Assembly (NCBI RefSeq): GCF_048593235.1
Contig: NC_133622.1
Coordinates: forward strand, 236,809,198 to 236,873,197
Length of the DNA stretch: 64,000 nt
Source of the DNA: Sminthopsis crassicaudata
Taxonomy: Eukaryota
Reading direction: 5' to 3'
The notes under the pieces: model-generated
Seen by the model: only the letters and a program-made list of their open reading frames with translations
What the model was told of the DNA's origin: nothing
Database searches by the model: none
Translations under genes and position numbers: made by a program
Part shown: positions 11,781 to 22,984 of the stretch, piece by piece
How positions within the stretch are numbered: position 1 is the stretch's first letter
Layout of the letters: each line of letters starts with the position of its first letter

Positions 11781-12916
11781 TCTGATGTCACACAAGGGGA
11801 AGAGCTGTGGCTTTGTTGCCATCTGTACTTCTTTCCTCCTTCTAGGAGAAGGGACAAAAGGATTGGCCATGTAATCTTGAACCGGGTTCCAAATGATTCC
11901 TCTGCCATAGGACACCATTTGGTTATTTTCAGAGATCATGAAGTGTCTTGAGATTTGGTGTAGCTGGGTGAAAGCACATTATAAACTGTGATTCAGCAAT
12001 AACAATAGCAAAGTTGATGCCATGGGGAAGGTAAGACTGTCTAATGAAAAGGTTATTAAATGGAGAGACAGATTCTAGATGGTTGTTGACTATGAATAGT
12101 TGGGTCATCTTGAGCAAGGCATTTCTTTCTGAGTCTCATTTATCATCTTTGATCAAATGAAAAGTTGCATTGGATGACCTCAAAATCCTTTAAAGTTATG
12201 ACATTGAATATTTTGTATTATAGGTCCCCTCCAGTACTGAATTTTACATTCAGTATTTTAAGCAGTGCTCTTCTTTCACTTCATTACCAATAACCATGGG
12301 TTTTTACCAAGGCTTTGTTCGGTATGCAAAGGATTTTCAGAATCAACTGTCTAGGATTCTTGAGGAAGGAAATAAGTCAAAAGAGACCTGAAATTTAAGG
12401 GCAGGAAATACTATAACCCTCGGGATATTCTTCTTAGCCACTGGCTCACTTTTAATTCCCATGGTCTGGGCTTTGGTGGAAAGGTACATCGTGGAAGCTG
12501 AGAAGTATCTTTTAAGAAAGGGAAATCAGACAGAGAAACTATTTATAGAAGGTTGAGAAGGGAGGGACAATAAAGCAAGGAGAGAGAGCTATTAGATAAC
12601 ATTATTTTCCTCTTCTCCCTCCCCAATTCCTTTGTGTTCCCTATTAAGGGAAACTTGGTCCTCTGACCCTCAGACCACTACAACCTGAAACTAGTACCAT
12701 TACCTGTAACAAAATATGAACTCCTTGGAAGTGTGCAGTTTTAAAATAAAATTTCTAATCTTTGCATGATGTCTCTACATATAATAGATGGTTAACAAAA
12801 TTTTTTTTGAGTTTAATGAATTAGAATCACCTACTACTCTTGCAATGACCTTGTAGCTTTATATTTGTAAAAGTTAGAAGTAGCAAACTAACATATTTAT
12901 TTTGTTTACCTATGCA

Positions 12917-13076
12917 NNNNNNNNNNNNNNNNNNNNNNNNNNNNNNNNNNNNNNNNNNNNNNNNNNNNNNNNNNNNNNNNNNNNNNNNNNNNNNNNNNNN
13001 NNNNNNNNNNNNNNNNNNNNNNNNNNNNNNNNNNNNNNNNNNNNNNNNNNNNNNNNNNNNNNNNNNNNNNNNNNNN
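12917..13076. other. Assembly gap (160 N)
   Basis: N run. Confidence 1.
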
Positions 13077-13693
13077 GATCTGATCAACCTAAGAATACAA
13101 GTAAGTGGAGATGTGACTTGGTACATTTTGAAGTAAAAATATCTTTTTTGTTGACTGTCAGCAATAAAACCATTTGTTTATAAGAAATAGAGTTATAGTA
13201 AGGAAGGAACCTCATATCTACTTCTTGATCTTCTAATCTGCTGTAATTCTTACCATTTTTTTCATTTCATTTTTTTTTTTTTTGGGTAAACCTTTTCTGG
13301 GTAGCTAACCTGGATTTCTAGTTTTTATTGTGACAGATCATGTGTCTTTCCAAAAAGTTTGAACCTATCTAGAACTCTGCCAACAGCTGATTTCTTTTTT
13401 TTTACTTATATTCAAACCACATTTGATTTGAGCCTTCGTGTTACCTTTGGCATTCTGATGGGTGTAAAGGGAGAATTTCAAGGTTATTTTCATTTGCATT
13501 TCTCTGATCATTAGAAAATTAGGAGGATTTTTTTGTTGTTGTTGTAACAGATGATCAATTTTGCTTCTAGGTCAAGAATGGCCTGTTCATAATCTTGGAT
13601 TGTTTGTTAAATGAACATTAAGCTTACTTTCATGCAGCTAGGTGCTGGGGCCAGCTCTTCCTCTCTGAAGAGGCCACTGTTGTTGGTTGTGGG

Positions 13694-13858
13694 TTTTTTT
13701 TTTTTTTTTTTTTTTTGGTTTTGCTGAGGCAATTAGGATGGAATGAGTTGCCCAGGGTCACACAGCTAGCATGTATTAAGTGTCTGAGGTCAAATTTGAA
13801 CTCAAGTCCTCCTAACTTCAGGGCTGGTGCTTTATCCACTGCCCCACCTAGTAGCTCC
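13694..13858 (-). mobile_element. Marsupial tRNA-derived CORE SINE
   Basis: CAGGGTCACACAGCTAG..TGTCTGAGGTCAAATTTGAACTC..TATCCACT..CACCTAG with a poly(T) tail on the + strand. Confidence 0.85.
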
Positions 13859-14779
13859 ATTGTTGTGTTTTTAGTGTGAGCATTTCTATGAAACTGACAA
13901 AAATGACAAAACATTATAAAACTTGAATTATTATTTAGTTGAATGTTTAGACTTAAGGAAATGTTAATAATACATATTAGATTTGGAAATTCATCATACA
14001 TTTTGGGGATCCAGTTAAATACTTTTTAGCAAACCCAATTCAATTAACAGCATCAGTTTTTCAGGCAGAGTACCTTATTTGTCTAGTTTTGCTTTTCAGA
14101 CACTTAACAGGGTTGACTTGTAAGTTCATGTGTATGGTTCTGGTGCACAAATCAGAAGGGGAAAAAGAGAATGAGGAGAGGGAGATAGGAGAGAAAGAGA
14201 ATGAGAATTTATGGAATTAGCTAAAAATTAAGTGAAATATAAGGAAATAAAGACAGCAACATATCAAAAATTATTCTTTATGGTCATGTAAAAATTATAC
14301 CAGGGTTTCAAGGACAGTTTAGTATTAGAAAAGTAATTATAAATAAATTACAGCTTTCCCCAATAGCCTCCAAACTTCATCGAGGCTTCTGCCTTTTGAC
14401 CAAGTTATATTATTTGGTTACTTTTAAAAATTTAAATTGTGGTTAATAACAGTTGCATTTGAAGTTTTGCTTTTCCGTCTTTTTTTTGGGGGGGGAGGAG
14501 AGGTAAATTCTACATGTGGTCTAAAATGGAATCAGTTTGGGTAGATGTTTCCTGTGTTTTTGTGATAGAAATTTACTTGCCTGACTTTCCACTGTGCATA
14601 GGGAAGAATGCTCTCTAGAGTCAGAGAAGCCGAGTTGAACCTTTCCTGAAATGTGACATGAGGTAAGTCACTTATTATAGTCTCCTTGGGTGCCAGTTTT
14701 TTCAACAATAAAAGGAGTGAGTTGGATTGGATGTCTCTGTGGTCCCTTCCAGCACTAGCTTTATTATCCTATGATCCAG

Positions 14780-15030
14780 TCAGTTCTATGGTGCAGTGGA
14801 TAGAGCACTGGGCCTGAAGTTAAGAAAACATGAATTCCACTCTGGTCTGAAACACTTGCTAGCCATGTGATCCTGATCAAATCACCCTTGTTTGCCTCAG
14901 TTTCCTCATCTATAAAATGAACCGGAGAAGGAAATAGCACACCACTCAAGTGTATTTGCTAAAAAAACTCCCAACAAACCCAAATGGGGGCACTAAGGGT
15001 CCACCATGATTAAAGTAACTGAACAACATA
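14780..15030 (+). mobile_element. MAR1/MIR-type SINE
   Basis: GGTGCAGTGGATAGAGCACTGGGCCTG head and CCTCAGTTTCCTCATCTATAAAATG core. Confidence 0.75.
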
Positions 15031-15644
15031 CAAATCTTTCTAATGTTTGGTTCAAGTTTCTACCATCTTTATTTATTTATTTATTTTTTTGTGATACATC
15101 GTATTTCTTTAGGAGATTATTGAATCATTATATGAATGATGGTTTTCTCTGTTCAGCCTTTTGCAATTCAGTTAACTTTACAATTTTAGTTATTAGATCA
15201 TTGGGTGTCCAAATATTTATTCAATGTGATATGGTTGAAAGAGTAATAGCCTTGACGTTATTAGATGCACTAGCTATGTGACTTTATATTTGTTTACTTA
15301 TTATTTAGATTCATTTAGAGAAATTAGATTTATATTCCTAATAATTTTTTGGCACACAAAAGGCTCTTAACACATGCTTACTGTCAGGTTGAGAGAGAAA
15401 ATAGAGTATTGATACTTGTAGTAATTAGTAATGAGCTACTGGTAACTCATAGCTTCTTTTGAGGATTAAATGAGATAATGCATGTTTTGCAAACTTTAAA
15501 ATTTGAAATAAAATCCATTTCAATGGTAACTATTATTTATTATTGATTCTTCCTATTCTAAGTGATCCCTTTTTAAAAATTCTTGTCATGATATTTAAAA
15601 AAAAACAAATTGCTTATATTTCTCTTTTATTATTCCTGATTTAA

Positions 15645-15830
15645 ATTATTTTTTTATTAAAGCTTTTTATTTTCAAAACATATACATTGACCTTTGGAAA
15701 ACCTTGTGTTCCAAATTTTTTTCCCTCCCTTTCCCACACTCCATTTCCTAGATGAAAAGTATTCCAATGTTAAATATGTGTAACTGTTCTATATGTATTT
15801 CCATAATCAGCATGCTGCACTAGAAAAATC
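15645..15830 (-). mobile_element. Short L1 3'-end fragment, present only in OR4B unit 1
   Basis: TTAAAGCTTTTTATTTTCAAAACATAT..AAAACCTTGTGTTCCAAATTT; absent at the homologous site near 21745. Confidence 0.7.
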
Positions 15831-16341
15831 CTAATTTCAATTCACCTTCTTATGCAAGTATAACTATTAAATTTCTGAAGTCGTATCCGATATTGTAAAT
15901 TTTAATTGACCCTTCTCAGTTAACATTTTGAAGCAACTGATTTGCATATACTTTAAAACTTGCTCTATGTCATCATCACCTATTACAATGTGAGTTCCTT
16001 GAGAGTAAAGGCTGTGTTTGCTATTCTATTCTAATCCTAGAAGACACCACAAAATTTTATTGAAAATAAGCACTTAATAAGTACTTTTTACCCAATCATC
16101 TATACATCTATTTCTTCATTTATCTATCCATACTTTTATTAATTCACACATCCATGCATTTATGCATCAGTATATTCATCCATCCTTCCATCTCTCACTC
16201 TGTCCCTCCATACATCCATGCATCCTTTTTGTTGTACTTGTTGCAGGAAACTGTCTTAATAATTACAGTGGCCTAATCTACGTTTGTCTTATTTCAGGGC
16301 TACTGAGCTTCTTTAGCATTGATCTGACATGATTGGATTCC

Positions 16342-17271
16342 ATGGCTGTGGCAAACAACGTGACCCAATTACTATTCACAGGTCTCTTCCAGGATCCAGA
16401 AGCACAGAGAATTTCTTTTGTGGTGTTTCTTCCTGTGTACATGGCCACAATGTTGGGCAACGGTCTCATCATCTTAACTGTCAATACCAGCAAGAGTCTG
16501 AGCTCTCCTATGTATTTCTTTCTTAGTCACTTGTCCTTAGTAGAGATCTGTTACTCCTCTACTGTTGTTCCTAAATTCATTTCTGGCTTATTGGTAGAGA
16601 ATAAAACCATCTCTTTGGATGGCTGCATGACCCAGATCTTTTTCTTCCACTTCTTTGGGGTTGCTGAGATCCTCTTGCTCACAGTGATGGCCTATGACCG
16701 GTATGTAGCCATCTGTAAACCCCTGCACTACATGACCATCATGAATCGCCCTGTGTGCCACGTGCTGGTGTTTAGTTCCTGGTTAGGGGGCATATTCCAT
16801 TCTGTGATTCAGATCCTCATTACTATCCAATTGCCCTTCTGTGGTCCCCATGTGATCGACCATTATTTCTGTGACCTCCATCCCTTATTCAAGCTTGCCT
16901 GTACTGACACTTTTGTGGAGGGAATCATTGTTTTAGCCAATAGTGGTTTATTTGCTATGATTTTCTTTCTCTTATTGATTTCTTCTTATATTGTCATCTT
17001 GGTTCACTTGAGAAACCAGTCAGCAGAGGGGAGACGCAAGGCCCTGTCTACTTGTGCCTCCCACATCACTGTTGTCCTTTTATTCTTTGGTCCTGCTATT
17101 TTTCTCTACATGCGGCCCTCTTCCACCTTCACTGAAGACAAACTCGTGTCCGTGTTCTACACGATGGTCACTCCAATGTTGAACCCCATTATTTATACCT
17201 TGAGAAATGCAGAAGTAAAGAACGCCATGAAGAGATTGTGGAGGAAGAAATTGAACTTGGGAGGGGAATGA
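16342..17271 (+). CDS. OR4B1: Olfactory receptor OR4B1-like, copy 1 (309 aa from the true ATG)
   Basis: Full OR motif set; FTGLFQDP, FFHFFGVAEILL and RPSSTFTEDKL match recalled OR4B1. The ORF-track start 16333 is TTG; the first in-frame ATG is 16342. Acceptor TTATTTCAG ends at 16297. Confidence 0.93.
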   Translation: MAVANNVTQLLFTGLFQDPEAQRISFVVFLPVYMATMLGNGLIILTVNTSKSLSSPMYFFLSHLSLVEICYSSTVVPKFISGLLVENKTISLDGCMTQIFFFHFFGVAEILLLTVMAYDRYVAICKPLHYMTIMNRPVCHVLVFSSWLGGIFHSVIQILITIQLPFCGPHVIDHYFCDLHPLFKLACTDTFVEGIIVLANSGLFAMIFFLLLISSYIVILVHLRNQSAEGRRKALSTCASHITVVLLFFGPAIFLYMRPSSTFTEDKLVSVFYTMVTPMLNPIIYTLRNAEVKNAMKRLWRKKLNLGGE

Positions 17272-17924
17272 AAATGCATGTATAAAAATGAATTGTGACT
17301 TTGACAATAATAATTATCTTGAATTTGATTGTAGAATGGTTGGATATTGAAACAGAGTCTTGAATTTTGAGTGTCTTTTCTTTTGAGCCCTGAACAAAAT
17401 CAGGATGACTTGCATGACTCAATGTCATCCATGTAACTTCTCTGAATTTTAATTTTGTAATGTATAGTATAATGACCTTGAGCAAGATGGTCTTTTTCAG
17501 CTCTTAATCTAGGATTGTCCTCTCAATCATTCAATAAACAAACATTTGTGATGTGTTTACCCTGTGCCTGTTATCATCTTGGAAGCTGAGACACAAAGAC
17601 CAAAATTTACTTGGTTCATACATGTATGTGGAGAAGTAAATAGAAGATATAAAAATAAATACAGACATTGAAGGGGTCACTAAGACTGGAGAAATCAGGA
17701 CCCTCTCTTCCCATTTTAGTGTTACAGTAAGAGCCTCCTCACCCATCTCTATCCCAATTTCATATAATGTCATAAAAGTGGCCAATTTCTTCCTATTCTA
17801 GGCTGTCTTACATGTAGAGGAAACAAAAAAACTCTAACTTGATATAGTTCACAAGACAATAGGAAGTCCTCACTTTCCAAAAGTATATATCTGGGTATCT
17901 GGGTATTCATATATATATATATAT

Positions 17925-17984
17925 ATCCACAAACTTATATATATATACATATATATATATGTATATATATATAAGTTTGTGGAT
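17925..17984. repeat. Perfect 60-bp spacer-less palindrome
   Basis: ATCCACAAACTT(AT)5A C ATATAT|ATATAT G T(AT)5 AAGTTTGTGGAT, checked base by base. Confidence 0.97.
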
Positions 17985-18639
17985 CTGCTCAACCTAAGAA
18001 TACAGATAAAAGGGGGGCACATGTATATTTATGTAGATACTTAATATATGTGAGACATATGACATGCAAATATCTTTTTTATTGAAAATCAGGTATAAAA
18101 CCTGTAAGGAATGGAATCACAATGAGGAAGAAAACTCTTATGTTCCCTCCTTTTAACTTCTCATAGGTGATTCTTATCATCTTTCCATTCACCCCTTCTT
18201 CCTTCTCCCTTTTCTGAGGATCTTTTGGAAGCACTAGAGGTCTTTCCTAACTCTTTAAAAAGATCATTAGTTTACTAGGGAAGCTTCTTGGCTGTCCATC
18301 TCTTATGCCCATTTAATTTTTTTTGTCATTTAATATGTTAGGTACTTTTGTATCCCTTTTTTGGGTTAAATTTCTACCCAATTCTCTTTCCCTTCAGTTT
18401 TTGTAAAAAAAAAGTTATTTAAAATAAAGGAGTTATGAACAAATGAGGTCATAAAATATCAGACGAGTGAGATGCTGAAGAACAACAAAAGTAAGCTAAT
18501 TGTTGTAACATGGTATAGCTAAATAACTTTCCAGAGAGGAGGGAGAGAACAAGATCTAGTGCTGGTCAGCTAACTCTACCTTCCACAGAGATCCCTAGCA
18601 ATGTAGCACTAGAAATGGGAAATAACTCTGTATTCTAAA

Positions 18640-18810
18640 CAAGTAATTGAAGCAGACATTCAACCTTTCCTATTATTTCTTTGGCAAAGTTCTCTCCTGA
18701 GGGAGCCAAGGAAGACCTCAGGGAATTTGATCTCCTGATCTTAGCTTCTGTGTTAGTGCATTTCATAAAGCTAGGGCACCTCAGAATTGCAATCATGCAG
18801 GTGACTTTCT
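18640..18810 (+). promoter_or_regulatory. Candidate promoter/first exon of OR4B1-like copy 2
   Basis: TAATTGA at 18644, CTCCTGAGGGA, CCTCAGGGA; donor variant CAG|GTGACT at 18801. Confidence 0.58.
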
Positions 18811-19299
18811 GATGTCACACAAGGGGAAGAGCTGTGGCTTTGTCATCTGTACTTCTTTCCTCTTTCTAAGAGAAGGGACAAAAGGATTGGCCATGTAATC
18901 TTGAACCGGGTTCCAAATGATTCCTCTGCCATAGGACACCGTTTGGTTGTTTTCAGAGATCATGAAGTGTCTTGAGATTTGGTGTAGCTGAGTGAAAGCA
19001 CATTATAAACTGTGATTCATTAATAACAATAGCAAAGTTGATGTCATGGGGAAGGTAAGAGGGTCTCGTGGAAAGGGTATTGAATGGAGAGACAGATTCT
19101 AGATGTCTGTTGACCATGAATATTTGGATGGTTTTGAGCAAGGCATTTCTTTCTGGGTCTCATTTATCCTCTTTGATCAAATGAAAAAGTTGCCCTGGAT
19201 GATTGAATGTTTTGTATTATATGTCCCCTCCAGCACTGATTTCTACATTTAACATTTTAAGCTCCATTCCTCATTCTCTTTTGTGTGTTCTTCATCCAG

Positions 19300-19800
19300 T
19301 TCATTACCATTAATGATGGGTTTTTACCAAGGCTTTTTCGGCTTCTTCTTCTCATCTTCATTTATCCTATTTTATTTAGTGATTTCATCAATTCCAATCA
19401 GTTCATTAATCTCTATGCATTTGATTCCCATAACTACATATCTAGTCCTTTATGTCTCCTCTGACACCCTGTTTTACATCTTCGACCTCAGCTTAAATAT
19501 CTCATACTGGATGTCCCAAAGACATCTGAAACTCTTCCCTTCTCCAGAACCAACCTCTGTTCTTCAATTTCATATTTCTTTTGAGGGCATCACCACCCTA
19601 TATTCACTCAGACTTATAATTTAGGTGTCATCCTTAAGTTCTCACTGTGTTAAGAGCCATTGCTTCTATCTTTAAAACATCTCTCTTTCTCCTCTGACAT
19701 GGTCACCCTCCCTGTGCAGACCTTCATGACATCATAATTACATTATGGTGTAATATTTTGTTAGGCTTTTCCTCCTTCGAGTATCTCCCTACTTCACTCC
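19300..19800 (-). mobile_element. L2 LINE fragment
   Basis: GGATGTCCCAAAGACATCTGAAACTC, TTTGAGGGCATCACCACCC and GGTGTCATCCTT phrases typical of L2. Confidence 0.55.
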
Positions 19801-20397
19801 ATATATTTAATGTTAGATTTTTCTCTACTTTTTCAGAGGATGATAATCAGATAAGTCATTACAGTGCCTCAGAATTAGCATCTCTACAGTCTGTCTATAA
19901 GCCCTAGATCTCTTCTGATCCTCTAGAGATCTCTGAATATAGCCTTGGGTGCTCCTCACCTTTGGAAGGGCATCTTGATTTTCACAGTATCTCAATGAAG
20001 TCCTACGTCTAAAGAAGACTCACTGACTCGTAGAGATTGAATGCTCCTTGGGCGGTCCAAAGGACTTTCAACTGAATTCCCAGGAATAAGAAAATAAGAT
20101 CAAGTTTGTGTTGATTAAGTTTTCTAATGTTAGCTAATATCAGTTCATTTCTGTCTCAGAGGGAGAATGTGGGGGTTCTCAGATATTCATCTGAGATATA
20201 CTTTGAAAGGTGTCTTGCTTTTATTCTTTTTTTTGAATCTGCCTGTGAACTCTCTGTGAATTTAAGGGTAAAAAAAGACTATCAAGCAAGAAATAGCCTT
20301 CCTAGCCACTGGCTCACTCTTAAATCCCACAGTCTGGCTCTGATGGAAAGGCATATTATGGAAATTGAGAAGTATCAGTTTGCATCTTTTAAAAAAG

Positions 20398-20400
<3 letters not shown>

Positions 20401-20469
<69 letters not shown>
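20401..20469. repeat. (AG)n microsatellite
   Basis: Direct reading; the paralogous site near 12515 has no long repeat. Confidence 0.98.
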
Positions 20470-20471
<2 letters not shown>

Positions 20472-22054
20472 CATTTTCTATTATGTGTTGATATTTAAGG
20501 TCAATACAGAAGTTATATATCCTGTTTTTGACACATATTGAAACCAATCACCTTATTTCACACAGAATAGTGCAAATTTGAAAAATGAAACTACTTTATG
20601 AGATCCATTGCTCCTAGTAATTGGGACCTATCTATGTTCAAGCCATAGCCATTGCTTGCTTGTTTCTATTTTTTTCTTTTGGTAAAGCTTTTCCCGGCTA
20701 ACCTGGATTCATAGCTTTTCTGGTAGCATAATCTCATGTTGCTTTCCAAAAAGTTTGAATCAATCCAAAGCTGGGCCAACAACTGATTTGTTTTTTTATT
20801 CATGGCCAAACCAGCATTTAATTTGTTTATTTGTGTTACCTTTGGCATTTTAATGGGTGTAAGATGGAATTTCAAGGTCATTTTTATTTGCATATCTCTG
20901 ATTATTAGAAAATTGAAAGATTTTTGTTGTTGTAATGGAAGATCAGTTTTCTTTTAAGTCAAGAATGGCCTTTCAGATCTTTGGACCTCTTGTTAAGTGG
21001 AGATGAACCTTCTTATTCTCATGCAACCAGGTTCTGGATCCAACTCTCACTCTCTCTCTGAGGAACCCATTATTTCAATTTTACTTTGAGCATTTCTACC
21101 TCAGAAATTGGCAAACTTCTACTACAAAATTCAACTACAAAGAATTACAAACTCAATTTATTGTTTTGTTGAGTCTCCAGGCTTTAGAAAGGGATTGGGG
21201 AAATGTTACTTATACAGATTAAACTTGAAAGTGAATCATATATTTTAGGGATCCAGTTGGATATTTTAGAATACCCAATTCATTAATGGTGTCAGTTCTT
21301 CAGGTAGAGTACTTTCTTCTCTAATTTAGAAGAGTTTTTGTTTTTCAAATGTTCAATAGCTTTGACTTGTAAGGTTAGTCATTCTTTAGATTCACTTAGA
21401 GATCTCATTCTTTAGATTCTTATTCCTAATAATTCTTGGCAAACAGAAGTCTCTTCATACATGCTCACTGACAGACTGAGAAATAAAATAGTGATGTTAA
21501 TACTTGTAATTAGTAATGAGTTACTTGTAACTTTTAAGATTATTTTGAGCATTAAATAAGATAATACATGTAATATATTTTGCAAATCTTAAAGTTCTAA
21601 ATAAAATCCATTTGAATAGTAACTATTATTTATTATTGAGTAGCTTTTCCATCTCAGTGGTCTCTTCATTTTCTTTGATCCTTGCCATGGTCTTTTAAAA
21701 ACATACAGTACCCATGTTTTTCTCTTTTATTATTTCAGGATTTAAATTCAATTTGTTATATGACTATAACTTTTAAATTTCTGATCAGAACAAATATAAT
21801 GAATTTGAATTCACTCTTCTCAGTTAACATTTTTGAAGTTCCTGACTTCAGATAATTTAAGAAACTTGCTATATTTTCTCTTTCCCTGCTAGAATATGAG
21901 TTCCTTAAGAGCAGGGACTGTGTTTGCTATTCTGTTCTCCATTTGTTATACTTGTTAAGGAAAGTGTCTTAATAATTACGGTGGCCTAATCTACATTTGT
22001 CTTATTTCAGGGCTACTGAGCTTCTTTAGCATTGATCTGACATGATTGGATTCC

Positions 22055-22984
22055 ATGGCTGTGGCAAACAACGTGACCCAATTACTATTCACAGGACTCT
22101 TCCAGGATCCAGAAGCACAGAGAGTTTCTTTTGTGGTGTTTCTTCCTGTGTACATGGCCACAATGTTGGGCAACGGTCTCATCATCTTAACTGTCAATAC
22201 CAGCAAGAGTCTGAACTCTCCTATGTATTTCTTCCTTAGCCACTTGTCCTTAGTGGAGATCTGTTACTCCTCTACTATTGTTCCTAAATTCATTTCTGGC
22301 TTATTGGTAGAGAATAAAACCATCTCTTTGGATGGCTGCATGACCCAGATCTTTTTCTTTCACTTCTTTGGAGTTGCTGAGATCCTCTTGCTCACAGTGA
22401 TGGCCTATGACCGGTATGTAGCCATTTGTAAACCCCTGCACTACATGACCATCATGAGATGTCCTGTGTGTCAGATGCTGGTGTTTAGCTCCTGGTTAGG
22501 GGGCATGTTCCATTCTGTGATTCAGATCCTCATTACTGTCCAGTTGCCCTTCTGTGGTCCCCATGTGATCGACCATTATTTCTGTGACCTCCATCCCTTG
22601 TTCAAGCTTGCCTGTACTGACACTTTTGTGGAGGGGATCATTGTGTTTGCCAATAGTGGTTTATTCTCTGTGATTTCCTTTCTCTTTTTGATTTCTTCTT
22701 ATGTTGTCATCTTGGTTCACTTGAGAAACCAGTCAGCAGAGGGGAGACGCAAGGCCCTGTCCACTTGTGCCTCCCACATCACTGTTGTCCTTTTATTCTT
22801 TGGTCCTGCCATTTTTCTCTACTTGCGGCCCTCTTCCACCTTCACTGAAGACAAACTTGTGTCCGTGTTCTACACGATGGTCACTCCAATGTTGAACCCC
22901 ATTATTTATACCTTGAGAAATGCAGAAGTAAAGAATGCCATGAAGGGATTGTGGACCAAAAAAGTGAACTTGAGAGGGGAGTGA
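22055..22984 (+). CDS. OR4B1: Olfactory receptor OR4B1-like, copy 2 (309 aa)
   Basis: Paralog of 16342-17271 with 20 aa differences counted by eye; all OR motifs intact. The track start 22046 is TTG; ATG is at 22055. Confidence 0.93.
   Translation: MAVANNVTQLLFTGLFQDPEAQRVSFVVFLPVYMATMLGNGLIILTVNTSKSLNSPMYFFLSHLSLVEICYSSTIVPKFISGLLVENKTISLDGCMTQIFFFHFFGVAEILLLTVMAYDRYVAICKPLHYMTIMRCPVCQMLVFSSWLGGMFHSVIQILITVQLPFCGPHVIDHYFCDLHPLFKLACTDTFVEGIIVFANSGLFSVISFLFLISSYVVILVHLRNQSAEGRRKALSTCASHITVVLLFFGPAIFLYLRPSSTFTEDKLVSVFYTMVTPMLNPIIYTLRNAEVKNAMKGLWTKKVNLRGE

Noticed and set aside
11929-12117. Paired 62-aa antisense ORFs (also 18953-19141)
   Set aside because: Similarity is explained by the duplicated promoter block; no coding signature or homology is evident.
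12827-13183. ORFs spanning N gaps (also 30198-30543, 43778-44245, 61365-61892)
   Set aside because: Artefacts of X-translated gaps.
16333-16341. ORF-track N-terminal extension MDS (also 22046)
   Set aside because: The start codon is TTG; the first ATG at 16342/22055 gives the usual OR N-terminus.
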